From Oculina patagonica (lineage: Eukaryota): 64,000 nt of DNA. The notes under the pieces were generated by a model. The model worked only from the letters and a program-made list of their open reading frames with translations. It was not told where the DNA came from and made no database searches. Shown here in pieces: positions 37,901-49,900 of this stretch (its first letter is position 1; each line of letters starts with the position of its first letter). The position numbers and the translations under genes were made by a program. Where the stretch lies: positions 13,392,001 through 13,456,000 of the forward strand of contig NC_135761.1 of NCBI RefSeq assembly GCF_052425735.1, in the 5' to 3' direction.

Positions 37901-40900
37901 AAATATGTGGCTTCTCACATGGACTTCAGGTTACACGCACTTCTTCTTACATGGAATTCAGGTCATTTTCTAACAAACATAGTTTCTGTATTGGACGAAC
38001 ATAGACACTGTCCTTAGTTTTAACTTTAACAGTTCGCACCAAGCCATCTGGCCCAGGGTACGTCTCAATGACACGTCCAAGGTTCCAGTGTCCCCTCGGG
38101 GTGTTATCGTTGACTAGCAGCACCAATGCATTGGGTTTAACATTAGGCAACGCCTTCCGCCATTTACAGGCTGTAGCTCGAGGCTGCAGGATGGGTAGGT
38201 ATTCTTTAAGCCATCTTTCCCAAAATAAGTTGGCAAGAAATTGCACCTGCCTCCACTTCTTCTTGTACATGTCAGTCTTGTTAAAGACTCCGGGTGGTAA
38301 GCAAACAAAATTACGCTGCATCAAGAAGTGGGCTGGCGTTAGTGGCTCAAAATCACTTGGATCATCCGAGTTTGCTGTTAGGGCTCGGCCGTTCAGAACA
38401 TGCTCGACCTCAGTAAGCAGCGTCTGCAGGACCGCGTCTGTGACCACATGTCCACCTAGGATAGATTTCAGGACCGTCTTCGCGCTTCGAACCAAACGTT
38501 CCCACACGCCGGACATGCTAGATGCAGTAGGGGGCTGGAATACCCATTTGCAGCCGTATTGGATAAGCTCACTCTCGATCCGTCCCTGGTTCCATTCATC
38601 AAGACTCTCCTTCAACTCGCTCTGAGCTCCGACAAAATTAGAGCCATTATCGCAACGTATCTCTTTCACTTCGCCTCTACGATTGATAAAACGCCTCAAG
38701 CACAGGATGAAATCGTCGGTGTCCATTGAGTTAACCACTTCTAGGTGGACACAACGAGTGGTTAAGCAGGTGAAGAGACAGCACCAACGCTTTGTGGTCC
38801 CGCGGCCATGTTTAACGTACAGGGGGCCAAAAAGGTCCATTCCTGAGTACGAGAATGGTGGTTCATATGCCATGAGCCGTGCCTCCGGTAAAGGTGCCAT
38901 CTGCTGGACCATGGGTTTGGCAAGGACTTTCTTGCACTTGACGCATCGGCTAAGGACTGTGCGAACTAGAACACGGATTTGTGGGATCCAGAAGTCTTCC
39001 CGCAGTTTGGCTATCACATGCTCACGCCCCAAATGGCCAATGAAGTGGTGGACATGACGAACAATCTTCTCAGCTACGGCATGGTTTCTGGGCAGAATGG
39101 TTTGCCGGCCCATAGTAGATTCTGCTACTCTTTTCTGGCCACGTCCATTCACTCTCAGTACTCCCTGGGCATCCAATTCGGGATTCAAGGCAGCAATCTT
39201 GCTCGATGCTCTGACGACACCATTTGACTTCAAATCTTTAATCTCCTGTGCGTATGCTGAGCTCTGGACAATCTTCGCAATAGCCACCGTAGCTGCATTC
39301 AAATCATCCACGGTTAACCTTCCAGTCACGACCTTGTCTTTATCTCTAATGAACTGTGTAAATCGTAAGAGCCATGCTACCTTGCGTCTAAGGCGGGTGC
39401 AATCTGAGCAGGTTGTTATCAGAACTTGGAGGGGGTGCTCAAGGACGGATTCAAATTCTGGGTTTTCTTTCTTTGCTGCAGCTGGATCAGGGGTCAGTTC
39501 CAGAGAGTGTACATGAGTTTCTTTCTTCAGCTCCAGACCTTCAGCAGGCAAAGTTCTACACTCTTGTCCTGGCCAGGAGTCTTCTGGTCCCCACAGAAAG
39601 TCAGGTCCACGAAGCCAATTGTGGTTGGCGGTCAGAGAAGATGGGGTCATTCCCCTTGACACATAGTCTGCAGGATTCAAAGTCCCTGGCACATGATTCC
39701 AATCTTGCACAAGTGAGTGCTCTTTAATCTCTTCAACTCTGTTAGCTACGAAGGTTTGAAGTCTTCGTTTCTCATTCTTTAGATAGTGCAGTACTATCTC
39801 ACTATGAGTCCATAAGAAAGTCCTGTCAATGTTCAGTTCTAATTCTTCTCGCAACATTTTGCACATGCGAGTTGCAAGTACAGCTGCCTGCAACTCTAGT
39901 CTAGGAATACTGACGAACTTCACTGGTGCATTCCTAGCCTTTCCCATAACAAAGGCACAATGGACTCGTCCATCCGGGTTCTCGACACGCAAATATGATG
40001 ATGTCCCATAGCCAACCTCGGATGCATCTGAAAAGACATGAAGTTGCAACTTGCATTCTCGCGGGTCATCATCTGGTAGGAAATAGGATCGCGGGATACG
40101 CAACTGTGATAAGGAAGGTAGCTGAGACTTCCAAGACCTCCACTTTAACAGAGACTTCACTAAGGGGTTCGTCCCATCCTAAATTAGCCTTCCACAGGTC
40201 CTGCACCAAGCATCTTGCAGCCAGCGCTACAGGCCCAGCAAACCCTAACGGGTCAAACAAGGAACAAACAGTTGATAGGATACCACGTTTGGTCTCGGGG
40301 CGGTCAAGGTCCTTTATCTTGAAGCCCAGAGTATCATCTCCAACGAACCAAAGTATTCCCAGCGCTCTTTCGATGGGTGGATCATCCAAATCGAGGTTAA
40401 GTCCTTGCTTGGACAGCTTGTCGCTTGGAACTGCCTTGAGCACTTCCTTTGAATTTGACGTAAACTTAGTCAGGTTGAAGCTACCTCGGGCAAGGATGTT
40501 GACCATGTCTTGAGCCAGGTGAATGGCTGACTGCTCATCATTCTGTGAAGGCAGAGCGTCATCAACATAGAAATTTCTTTTTACAGCTGCGATGACACTG
40601 GGGCTGAAGTCCTCGGCATTGTCGTCAGCGACTCGCCGCAGAGTGGAATTTGCAACACAAGGGGAGGACGCTGCTCCGAATATGTGTACTTGCATAACGT
40701 AAACATCGGGTGGGTCTTCATAGCCATTTGTCCACCAAAGGAACCTCAGTGAGTCCTGGTCTTCTTTCCGTACACGTATCTGGTGGAACATTCCTTCAAT
40801 GTCTGCAGCAATACCAATTGTACCTTGGCGAAAACGCAGGAGGACACCAACTAAACTGTTGGTCATGTCTGGCCCGCTTAATAGATTCTTATTAAGCGAA

Positions 40901-43900
40901 GTTCCTTCGTATTTGGCTGCCGCATCGAAAACTATGCGCACCTTTCCAGGCTTGGTAGGGCTAGTTACCGGGTGATGTGGGAGATACCAATGGTTACTGG
41001 ATTCCGTAGCTAACTCTTTCTCTGACAACTTGCGAGCGAATCCACTGCTGATGTAACTGTCCATTACTTCACGATACTTAGTGGCCATCTCCTCGTTACC
41101 CAATTTCGTCAAGCGACGTCGCAAGGACTCTAAGCGTTGTTTCGCCATAACAAGATTATTTGGAAACTGGCGCTTATCCTTCTTCTAAAGCATGCCCACT
41201 TCATAACGTCCATCGACGAGACGTGTGGTGTCTTCAATTATTTGCATTGCTCTCTTGTCTTCAACTGAGAGGGGCTTCTCTCCTGACTTAACAGCTCCAT
41301 AGTCTTCGAGTTTCCAGAATTTCTCAATTAGGTCAACTGGCTTATGATCAACTGAAACAAAGTTTACTGAGACTCCCTTCGGATCCTTGACGCCATAGCG
41401 ACCAGCAACGCACCAACCAAGGGGGTATCGACAACCATAGAATCCTTTCTTCTCATCTTCGGGAACTCTAACTTCTTTCTGTATGTGCGCGTAGGGGATG
41501 TTGTTCCCCACGAGAATGGAGACTCTCTTAACATCAACTGCTGGAAACTCAATGTCACATAAGTGAGGGTAGTTCTGGACGTCAATTTGCTCTGGCAGGG
41601 CTCGCTGTGACTGGTTAAGGTCAGGTAGAACATAGGCTTCAGTAACCTCAATACTTTCTCCAAAACTTTCCGAAGAGCTCAAGGTAAAGGATACTCGATT
41701 AGACTCCACAACATTGTCACTGCTTGTGATTGTATTAATTCTAACCTGCTCAGGTGTTCCTTGTATGTCAAGGTAATCAACTAAACTGCGGTCAACGAGG
41801 GTGTCAGTACAGCCGCTATCTAGAAAGGCGTAGGTGGAGACAGCATTGCCATTCTCGGCGGTGATAATGACAGGAACAACGTTCAACAAAACTTGTGTTT
41901 CTGTGGTAGACAAACTGGCAGATTATATGGGTGTTGTTTCAGGTTTGCCTGAATTAGCACTTGCAGTTTGCCCCGTATTTACGCCCTCGTGACTTGTGGG
42001 ATAGGAGGTAGCCGAAGGCTTGTCACCTTTATCCTTGGAATCCTTATTGATCGGTGGGTTGGGGCGGCGACTATCCTGGGTCTGATCAGTATGCAGAAGA
42101 CTAAGATGACGACCAGGGCATTTTGAACATGCTGGCGGTTCAGGGCAAGAACCAGAACCGTGTCCAGGCCTTTCAAGGCCACAGTTAAAACAAAATCCAC
42201 AAGATGCCGCATACTGTCGTCGGACTGCCACATGTTCACACTTCTTGATGATGGGGCAATGCTGAAGCTTGTGTCGCTTAGATTTACAGATTCCACAGTT
42301 TTTTGAGCTAGGGGCAGGAAGTTTAGTTTCAACATCCGTGGCACTGATTGTGGGATTCTTTGGTGGCTTTGGTGGAGGTGGAGGCTTAGGAGGCAACTTG
42401 GTTTCTTTATTCTCACGCTTCAACATTTGACCTCCAAACACCGGGTCGTTCCTAATGGACGCTTGTCTCTTTACAAAGGCGGCGATGTCCTTCAGCCGAG
42501 GAGACCTTCCGCTCTCGACAATCTCATAATTCTCGTTTTGCCACTTGATGATCAGATCATTAGGCAGACGGCTAACTATGCGTCTAAGGTTCGTTGCAAC
42601 ACTTGCTTCACGTTCAACGTCGCCTTGAAGGATTCTTGTAGCCGCATTCAGCTTCTCAGAAAAGTTCATAAGTCCAATATTGTCACCATAGGTCAACTTG
42701 GGACCTGATACGAGGTCTTCTATGCATGCTTGAGTCACCCTTATGGTCTGACCAAAGCGTTCCTCCAGGGTTTTCATGATGTCGATGAATGAGCAACCTC
42801 TGTTTCGTTTTACCACTTCCAATGCTTCTCCGGTAACAAACTTAGGGAGGTATTCAACACGCTGGGCATCAGTTAGCAAATCGCTTTCAAGGTGCGTACA
42901 AATTTGTTCACGAAAGGAGGGAAAATCCACTGGATTTCCACTAAACTGTGTCGGTCGCATTCCACTTAGCATTTGTGCCTTCCACATTGCTGCAACGGGA
43001 TCATGTGGGACCTGTTCACCACGAGTAACACTCTGTGACGGTTTAACACCAGGTACTCTAAAGGACTGGAGTGGCCTTATGCTGTCAGGGGTCTTACGCA
43101 CATTAGATCCTATCGCTGAGAGGGATGACCTCGGCTGAGTTGTCATGCTGACCTGAGATTTCGTATTTATGGAAACAGGAGGGATTGGCTCTTTCTGAGA
43201 AGGATTTAGTTGAGACACCTCACTAATAGCATAACTGGCACCTGGGTTAGTATTAGATCTGCTGGTCTCCATTCTCTCAGAAACGACTGGGGTAGAATGT
43301 GGACGTTTATCAACTAGAAATGTGGCAGCATCCAAAGGACCAGCTGCTCCAGGTGTCAGAGCTTCCTCATCGTTGTACTCCATTTCAATTTTCCATTCTA
43401 GCTCAGCTAATGTTGCTTGCTCTTCAAGACGCCTAAGTTCCATTCTTTGTTTATGTTCGTATGCCATTCGAGCTGCTTCGGCTTCTTCCTTTGCCCTAGC
43501 CCTCGCTAGGTCCAATTTCATTTTTGAGACAAGCACCTTTTTCAAGGATTTCTTACGTGAGGATCCGGACACATTGGAAGACTTAGAGGAAACTGACACA
43601 TTGTCATCACGATCCCCGTCCTGGTCTAGTAGTCCAGGATTCATCTGAGCATTTCCAGGCGAAAAGTCTATTTTTGCAACAAACCTTCACACTCATCAAT
43701 AATGTCACGGGTCTCTCGTTTTAGATTGGAATAACGACTCTGTACATCTTCCAAGCGTTTTCTCTCATTTATCCCAGCAAGGTATTTCGTATGTAGCCCT
43801 TCAAGTGTCTTCCATTTTTCCGAGAGTAGGTCAAGGGATTTCTTAGCCTCCTCTGGGCCTTGGCTGGTATTAAGCTTAGACTGAATTTCTTTCAGTAAAT

Positions 43901-46900
43901 TTTCAATTTCTTTGCTTACATTTGTCCACAGCATAGCCGTGCTGCGTTGCTCCCGGGAATCCCTTTGCCGTTCCAATTCCGTGAAATCGACGCGGGTGTT
44001 TGGTGGGGGCCTGGGTCTGAGCGAGGGGCCATCGTAGTAGCTTAATGGCCGAGTAAACACATTTGTTGTCGTACAAATAGAACTAATGTTACCTTCTACG
44101 GCTTCTACTGTCGTTGTACAAATCCTTCCGGGAAACTGAGTAGGAAAATCGGGCAATCCACGATCCATTCCAGGTTCAGCATAACCCAAACTGCTCAGAC
44201 CATAAACATCCATCCCACTGTCGAGGCCGAAATCCAATTGATCCGATGCATCCATCGCTCAACGAAATCCACTCACAATCCAATATTTAGGAAGAACATT
44301 TTTGTACTGATGTTCGGGACAATTCACAGAATCTTTTCAACACGCAGTCGTAAACTCAACGCTTTAATTGCGATGCTCGATGTACCAATGTACAAACATC
44401 TCCACGGCTTGACAACTTGATTGACACACTGACTTGTTTAATACGCCTACGGTAAAAAACTGAACAAAACAAACCTAATTTTACAATACATTCGGAATAT
44501 AGGAAAAAACGGGAACTATGAAATCAAAACTTACATGTTCTGTGCGGTTTAGGTGGTAAAAACTGTATCAAAAAACAACACTGTCGAGCAATCCGCCCGA
44601 CACGAAACTCTTTCCATCACAAACCATGTGCGATCGAGTCACGTGACTCGACCCAGTCCGAGCAACTTGTGCACAGTTAATAACAGACCTAAATCAATTT
44701 CCGGTTATTAAGTTCGGCCGCTAGTCGGCCTCAACACACCTGACTCTCCCCCATTAAGAGTAACTGCTCACCAGAGTAGGTTCTCAACTAAAGGTTTGTT
44801 GGCTGCAATGGAAGGTTCTTAAACAAGTCATTGCACTCAGTTTCAGAGATAATGGACACTGCAAAACCCATATCGACCTCCATTGTGACTTGTCAGCCTC
44901 CAGCGACAACTGAACTTTATATCCACTGTTTCCTTTTGAATTGATAGCGTAGAAACGGAGGTCAACCATTGCACCATCAACGCCCTCAACTTCCGAAGCA
45001 TTCTCATTCATGTCCATAATGTTCGCTTTATAAAAATATATATACTATATACAAGGCTAAAAAAGAGTTAAAAATTAAAATGATAAAACCAAACGTTTTC
45101 GGCTGTTTGCCATCATCAGGGTTGAAAAGACCGTCCGCAAGCATGTATATATATCTTATGTAATTCCCGTTGGGAAACGTTTAGAGACATAAGAAATGAC
45201 TTGTTTGTTCAAACTGGGGCGGAATTGTTGGATCATTAGACCCTCAACGATCCTACGCTTGTGGAATGTCTGTGCTGAAGAGAGAACACGCCAGGTGAAA
45301 GATTGTGATGGGGTTTCCCGCAGGTGTTTTGCAGGTTCAGAGGTCAGGACTTTCTCACAGTCTCGCCAATGTAATCAACGCCACAAGAACAATCTCCTTT
45401 GTAAACAACTTTGGATCTGTGAGTGTTTTTGTCTTTGTTATTAAAGAGGCTTTTGATGCGCCTTGTTTGCCACAGGATTACAAAGATTGAAATTAGTGAA
45501 CTTGTTGAGTTTTGCAATAAACGTTTTACTAAGTTTTTCGTTTTTACCTCAAAACGGGAGCTTGATGAAAACTTTCTTACGTTCTTCGAAAAGAAAATCT
45601 GGAATGATGTTGTCGTCTTGTGATCAGTCGGTTAGGAAGTTGTTGATTGTATGCAAATAAAACTGAGCGATCGATTCGCTTTCAAGTTGATTACGACGGT
45701 ACAACTGGAAGCGTTCCACTATGAGAATAGGCTTCGGAGGATAATGAGCGGTTAAAATGTCTTTCAAAGCTTCAAATGACTTATCTTTTGGCGGGTACGG
45801 GCCAGCATATTGCGAAGAACTCCATAAGCATCCGCTCCGATCAACGATAGGAATGTTGAAACCTTGTGGTCCTTCTCGACGTAATTCGCTGTGAAATACA
45901 TTTTTACCCGACCAATGTAACTTGCAATGTCTTCCTTCCCTTCCACATATTCTCTAACGTGCCCCAACAAGGACATTTCCGAATCCTCATCGCCAGATAT
46001 GTAATATTCGGAGCTCGAAACTAAAACAAACTGTTCATGACATGGCTACCATGTGCTCAGGTTTTTAATCGAACTGTGCATGCTTAATATGGCCCTACAA
46101 AGAGAGGGACTGGCCCTAAGTATATTACAAACAGCAAATTCTTATCTTGTATGTAACTGATATTTGTTTCAGGCCGTCAAGGCTATGTCGTGAGGCTTCT
46201 TAACCCAAAGACAGACTCTAGGACTCTTATCAAGGGATTTGTTGGCATGATCAGTGAGTTGGCTTTTTCACACAGAGACTCTAACACCTTGGCTTGTGTT
46301 GACGAGGGTGGTAATGTTTATATCTGGGTCATCCAGGAAGAAAATGGTAAACTTGAGTATCCTTTTCTATCATTAACAGCATCTCAGTCTCTCTTTTTAA
46401 CAGAAACACTGCCAGTTTTTTTACTAGCATAAAAAACTTCGGTTAAGTTTTGATCTATAAATTTATCAGCTATATGCAGGACGCGTGTCACTTATCAACC
46501 TAGTAAAATGGCCCAGCTCACAACGAGTCTCTCGTAGCTGAGTTGGTTAGAGCGCCCAACCGGTATCTGGGAGGCCATGGGTTCGATTCCCGTCGGGGTT
46601 CTCAGAATTTTTCTTTGTCCCATGCTCGAGTCATGTTGAACACTTCATCTTCGAATTCATTATTTATTACCAAGCTTAAAATTTACCATCTTTATTATTT
46701 ACTACATTCATTGGAAATGTCAAAAATTATCTTGTTTCCAGATTTGTTTTATCCTTTTCTTCTCAAAAAATAACTTGACTAATTTATTTTGTACAATCAC
46801 AATCAGTACCAATTTCCATGACTTTCCATGACCCACACTAAAATTCCATGACTTTCCAGGCTTGGAAAATAAAATTCTAAAATTCTATGACGTTCCATGA

Positions 46901-49900
46901 CCTGTACAAACCCTGCCATAGGGGGCTGGGGGTACATGTACATTGAAAAAATAAATAAACATATGCGCACAATTTACAAATACAACAGCCACAAATTCCC
47001 ATGTAAACCCAGCATCAATTATGCAAAGTCACTTTCCCCTTTAAATCTAACTCTTAATCATAACAATAAGCAATTATTGGATGAGGTTGAGCATGATACC
47101 GAATTCAATAATTGTTTTATTATACGTTTTCGAACAATTTGCCATAACTAATTCTAGCGCCGGCGTAACTAATACGTTACGTAATAATAATTATTACGTA
47201 ATTAATACGTAACAAATAATTAATATAATATAATATAATATAATAATTAATACGTAACTAAGACATAACTAATTCTAGCGCCGGTTTTATCTTGTGGTTC
47301 CTCCAGGTTCTTCTCCCTCAAATTATCATTCAGAATTTTTCACTTGTTTTTTTTTGTTCTCTTGGTGTTTTTAGAATCTTTATTCTCGATCAAAACTTTC
47401 AATTCCTCTTCGGAAACGGAGGCGAATCGCCCAGCCATATTTTCAAAAGTTTGACAGCACTACACGGACGAGGGTTGGAAACTAGGCGGACTTTGACCTC
47501 GACATGATAACCCAATATCTGCTGCAGATATTGGGTTATCATGTCAAGTTCACATGCTACTGTATATTGACTGAATGCTCTCGACCAATCACATGTTTCA
47601 AAGTAATTCTAATGTATAATGACATTTGTTATCGAGGTTTTACATGTATTATGTGCACTTCTCAGTTGTGAGAGGCTGAAGGGTATCATTTGCCCATCAA
47701 GCAAAATCAAACAAAATGCCACAGTTTAAACTCAAAGTTAAGTAAGTATAAAAATCTACAGTAACTGTATAAACCTACAGAAAAATTAACAACTAAACCG
47801 ACAAAAACAGATTTTTTTATAAATTTAGACTTACCTCATATTGGGAGAATATAATGCTGATCATTTCAGTAGGGCAAAGCTTTTAAATCAGCTTTTTAAA
47901 TATCAGAGACGAAGCGGCGGTCTTTTAAGAATTAACGTGAATGAAGGGGAGTGAAGGTATGTTAGCCATTGATTGGGCAATAAAAGGGTATGGTGAATAG
48001 TCAGCGGTTTCCCTTCAAAAGGCTCGGAGCCATTCCTGTAATGGTGAATGGTCAGCGGTTTTCCTTCAAAAAGCTTGGAGCCATTCCTGTAATTTTAATT
48101 AAAAGGTAATAGAACCGCTCATAGATCTTCAATCAAACTTTGCCTGTTGGTTGTTTACCTTAAGGGAACTTAAATTTTCAAATAAAAAAGGGGGGTCACC
48201 GGAGCAGGAAGACCTTGTATATACCACATAATAATCCTTAATAATGCCTTTGCCAGTACTGGCAAAGTACACGTTTCCGGTCATAATTAATTTTTCTGCC
48301 ATAGAAATTGATCTGTATTCATTTTATAGAAAGAATTTGATCGTTGCACTCAAACAAAGAGAAAAAATGATAGGTCACCGTACTCGTTTACGAGAAAAGG
48401 ATGATTTATCTCTCGCGCGAGCCAAGCTGCATAGAAAAAAGCGGCCATTTTGTTTGTGTGCGCGCGCTAATTTTGCGTAAAATTCTGCGTAGTAAGGATG
48501 CGCAATGCAATACTAAGGAATCACCTTAATGGCTAGCCTTCTGGCCGCCATCTTGGTTTTGCGCAACACTGTATGCCGTACGTACTTGCCCACGAGCCAT
48601 GCCGCTAGCCATGTTGACCATGAAAACTCATTTCGATAGTGTTCCTTCTTCTTCCTTCTCTCTTTCATGGTTATGGGGCTCTGCTCTTGCGGCCCTTCAG
48701 GCCGCTGTAGAGCTCCGCTATTATTGTTCAGGACATACCTTAACCCATTCTTTAGATACTCGGTAAAACTTCACATTAAACGTCCTGCTAGCACACTCTC
48801 AGAGCATCACAGACTAATATGGACTCCATACATGCCTGATGCTAAGGAACAAGACAGAAGTGAAGAATCCACTGTAGAGGAAGACCGTCCACTAGCCATT
48901 ACACATGGAAATCAGGTTACATTACTTTCTTGTGTGTAGAGAAGGTTCATTCACTTTATAGAGACATTCCATTTTTTATATGCATATACCCATAAAGGAA
49001 GGCATAATTTGGACACCCTTGTTCTTTAGCATTGCTTTGAAAAAAAATATATTCTCAGATGCTCACAACTTTTTTTGGTATCATTTGTGAATATTTTCTG
49101 ATACCCCAACATTTTATCAGCTTCTTTGAAAAATATCATATTAAAAAGTGTCCTCAATGGGGAGGAGTGGGATACATGTGTTTTAAAAAAGTGGAATGTG
49201 CCATAGTTATTGTACATCCCTGTTACTTATCCCCCCGTGCATGTGGCTTGTATAACGCTTGTATTCTATCTTACCAGTTGGTTATGGGAATGGAATCTTG
49301 AATAATGACAAGTAATGCATACAAGTAATGACAAGTAATGTTTGTTTCGTTAAAAACGAAATCTTAATTTGTGACGATCACTTTACAATCGATCATTAAT
49401 AAGAGAATTACGTTACAATCGATAATTAATTGTAATTAGTGCGAACGGCAATTGAGATCACCTGCGGTTTCCTCCCGAAGATAAAGAACTAAATAAGAGC
49501 CATCGGGTATGTACAGTAAATATGTAATCATTCGACTTTGGCAAATTGTTATGTATAATTATCGTTGTAATGTTGATACAGGTTTCGAGAGACTCAACTG
49601 ACTCAAAGCTGTAAAACAGATACATACTAGTTATGCAACGCTTTCGAGTGGTATACTATGGAATATCTCACGAGTCACTTGTATTTTCTCGGTATACACA
49701 CGAGCCTTTAGGCGAGTGTGTATACGAAGAAAATACAAGTGACAAGTGGGATATTCCATAGTATACCACGAGAAAGTGTTGTGTAACTATTTTATACCAT
49801 GCCATAAAAAATACGCTCACTAAATTTCATCGAGAATAAGATCGCAGCGCACGATGGGAAGGTTGGGTTGAATACCGTCGAATATACAACGGCTTTCCTG

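Larger units (their letters stand above)
34365..46129 (-). mobile_element. Degenerate Ty3/Gypsy LTR retrotransposon in an EDC4 intron
   Basis: LTRs 46000-46129 and 34365-34435 (TGTAATAT...ATATTACA); 5-bp TSD AACAG (34360-34364, 46130-46134); PBS TGGCGATGAGGA; polypurine tract next to 34436. Gag from 45976, protease ~44780-44900, RT/RNaseH ~37440-36000 and integrase ~35800-34850, with many frameshifts. Confidence 0.92.

Noticed and set aside
38068-43648. Many + strand ORFs over 100 aa
   Set aside because: They are antisense shadows of the BEL gag-pol.
46528-46605. tRNA gene
   Set aside because: It has A and B boxes but poor acceptor and anticodon stems and a SINE-like body. The same applies to 3377-3460.
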